Below, in pieces: positions 62,753-64,000 of a stretch of 64,000 nucleotides of DNA (within the stretch, counting starts at the first letter, position 1; each line of letters opens with the position of its first letter). Origin of the DNA: a bacterium. GTDB taxonomy: Bacteria; JADJOY01. The notes below the pieces were generated by a model that saw nothing but the letters and a program-made list of their open reading frames with translations, was not told the DNA's origin and did no database searches. The position numbers were made by a program, and so were the translations under genes. The stretch is taken from assembly GCA_046331705.1 (NCBI GenBank), contig JAXLQJ010000004.1:1-64000 (forward strand), given 5' to 3'.

Positions 62753-64000
62753 CCGTCGCCCGCTGGCGGGCTCGCGCAAATCGTGGCCGCGGCCGTGCTC
62801 GTCGGGGCGGCGATCATGCGCCTGCTCTCGATCGATCCGCGCCACGAGCGCGTGCGCCTCGCCGAGCACGTCTCGATCGCCGAGACGCCACGCGCCCGCT
62901 GGACGATCGCGGACGTGAGCACGGCGCCGATGGCGGCGCGGTTCCGCGCCCGTGGAACTCCGACCTCAACTACGGTTTCAGCTCCTCCGCATACTGGCTA
63001 CGGATCGGGCTGGCGCCCGCTCGGCACGCCCACGGAGTGGTTCCTGGAGATCGCCTACCGCGGTCTCGACGAGGTCGAGCTCTACGTGCCCGACGGGCAC
63101 GGCGGCTTCTCCGTGTCGTCCGCCGGGGATCGCAAGCCGTTCGGTGCGACAGGTGGCCAATCGCTTCCCGGCGTTCAGCTCGCGCTTCGTGGGCCGGAGA
63201 CCACGGTGCTGCTGCTGCGCGTCGCCAGCGCGGGTCCGGTCGTGGTGCCGCTCGAGCTGTGGTCGGCCGAGGCGTTCCGGCGCCATCAGCAGGTCGACAA
63301 CTACGCGCTCGGCATCCTGTGCGGCGTGCTGGTGGCGCTCGCCATCCAGGCCTGCTCTTCTTCGCATCGTTGCGCGAGCCGGCCTACGGGTGGAAGCTTC
63401 CTCGCCATCGCCTCGCTCGTCACCGGTGACCTCGTCGAGGCGGCGTCGCGTACCAGCATTTCTGGCCCAACTGGCCATGGTGGGAACCACTCGCTGCTGG
63501 TGCTGCTGGCGCTCGCGGCGGTGTGCTTCATCCGGTTCTCGCGGCACTACCTGGACACGCTGCGAGCTCTTTCCGCGCCTCGATCTCCTTCCTCGGACGA
63601 GTGACGCTGGCCGCCGCCGCGACGGTGCCGCAGCGTGATCGTTCCCTATTGGGTGGGAATCCGCGCCGCGACGCTGCTCACCTTCGGCGCCATCCCGCTG
63701 CTCACGGCGTGCGCCGCGGGACGCGCGCCGCCATCACCGCTCGGCGCGTTTCTACCTGGCCGGGCTGGCGGCGCCGTTCGCCGGCGGCATTCTGTTCGGA
63801 TTGGAGGAACCTGGGCTGGATCGAGCCGAGCTGGCTCACCCGCTTCGGCTTCGACGGCGGCATGCTGCTGTTCGCGCTGTTGCTGTCCAGCAGAGTTGGC
63901 GGATCGGGTAGGCGCGATCCGACGCGACAGGCGCGCCGAGCACGCCTCGGCGATCGACGACCTCACGGGCATCCCCAATCGCCGCAACTTCGACACGGTG
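62749..64000 (+). CDS. 7TM-DISM sensor diguanylate cyclase (5' part; truncated, frameshifted)
   Basis: NYGFSSSAYWLR, LDEVELY, GDRKPF (DISMED2), multiple TM helices, DDLTGIPNRRNFD at the GGDEF domain start. Confidence 0.75.

Noticed and set aside
43249..64000. Programmed frameshifting or true pseudogenes
   Set aside because: Indels are dense, hit all gene types and show no consistent slippery sites; sequencing error is more parsimonious, though not proven.

Overview
High-GC bacterial DNA, probably from a Deltaproteobacteria-like lineage (Myxococcota/Binatia-type; inferred from MYXO-CTERM-like tails and gene content). Bases 1-42.7 kb are intact, mostly core genome: a REC-DUF4388 regulator, the mreB-mreC-mreD-mrdA-rodA operon, ppiD, an ECF sigma/ChrR-like anti-sigma pair, trxA, a gmhA-led operon of poorly characterised genes, aminotransferase-serA-purA, a hybrid kinase, an M61 peptidase, a pilin, an MFS transporter, ettA, a GH18 surface protein, a PPTase and a B12-radical SAM enzyme. 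Bases 37-46 kb hold an actinobacterial-style steroid/lipid catabolic cluster (kstD, Ltp2-like plus DUF35, acyl-CoA dehydrogenase, CoA ligase, hydratase, F420-LLM), and its divergent promoter contains an exact KstR-type operator. From about 42.8 kb onward almost every gene is broken by small indels, most likely long-read consensus errors, so coordinates there are approximate. That region encodes a TIR-CHAT-STAND-TPR (NLR-like) protein with apparently degenerate active sites, an orphan lipase foldase, two tandem FadL-like channels, beta-propeller proteins, a large lipase-like protein, a complete IS1202-family element with a 17-bp target duplication, and the 5' part of a 7TM-DISM diguanylate cyclase. 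I saw no rRNA, tRNA or CRISPR array. All assignments come from recognising motifs by eye; no searches were run.
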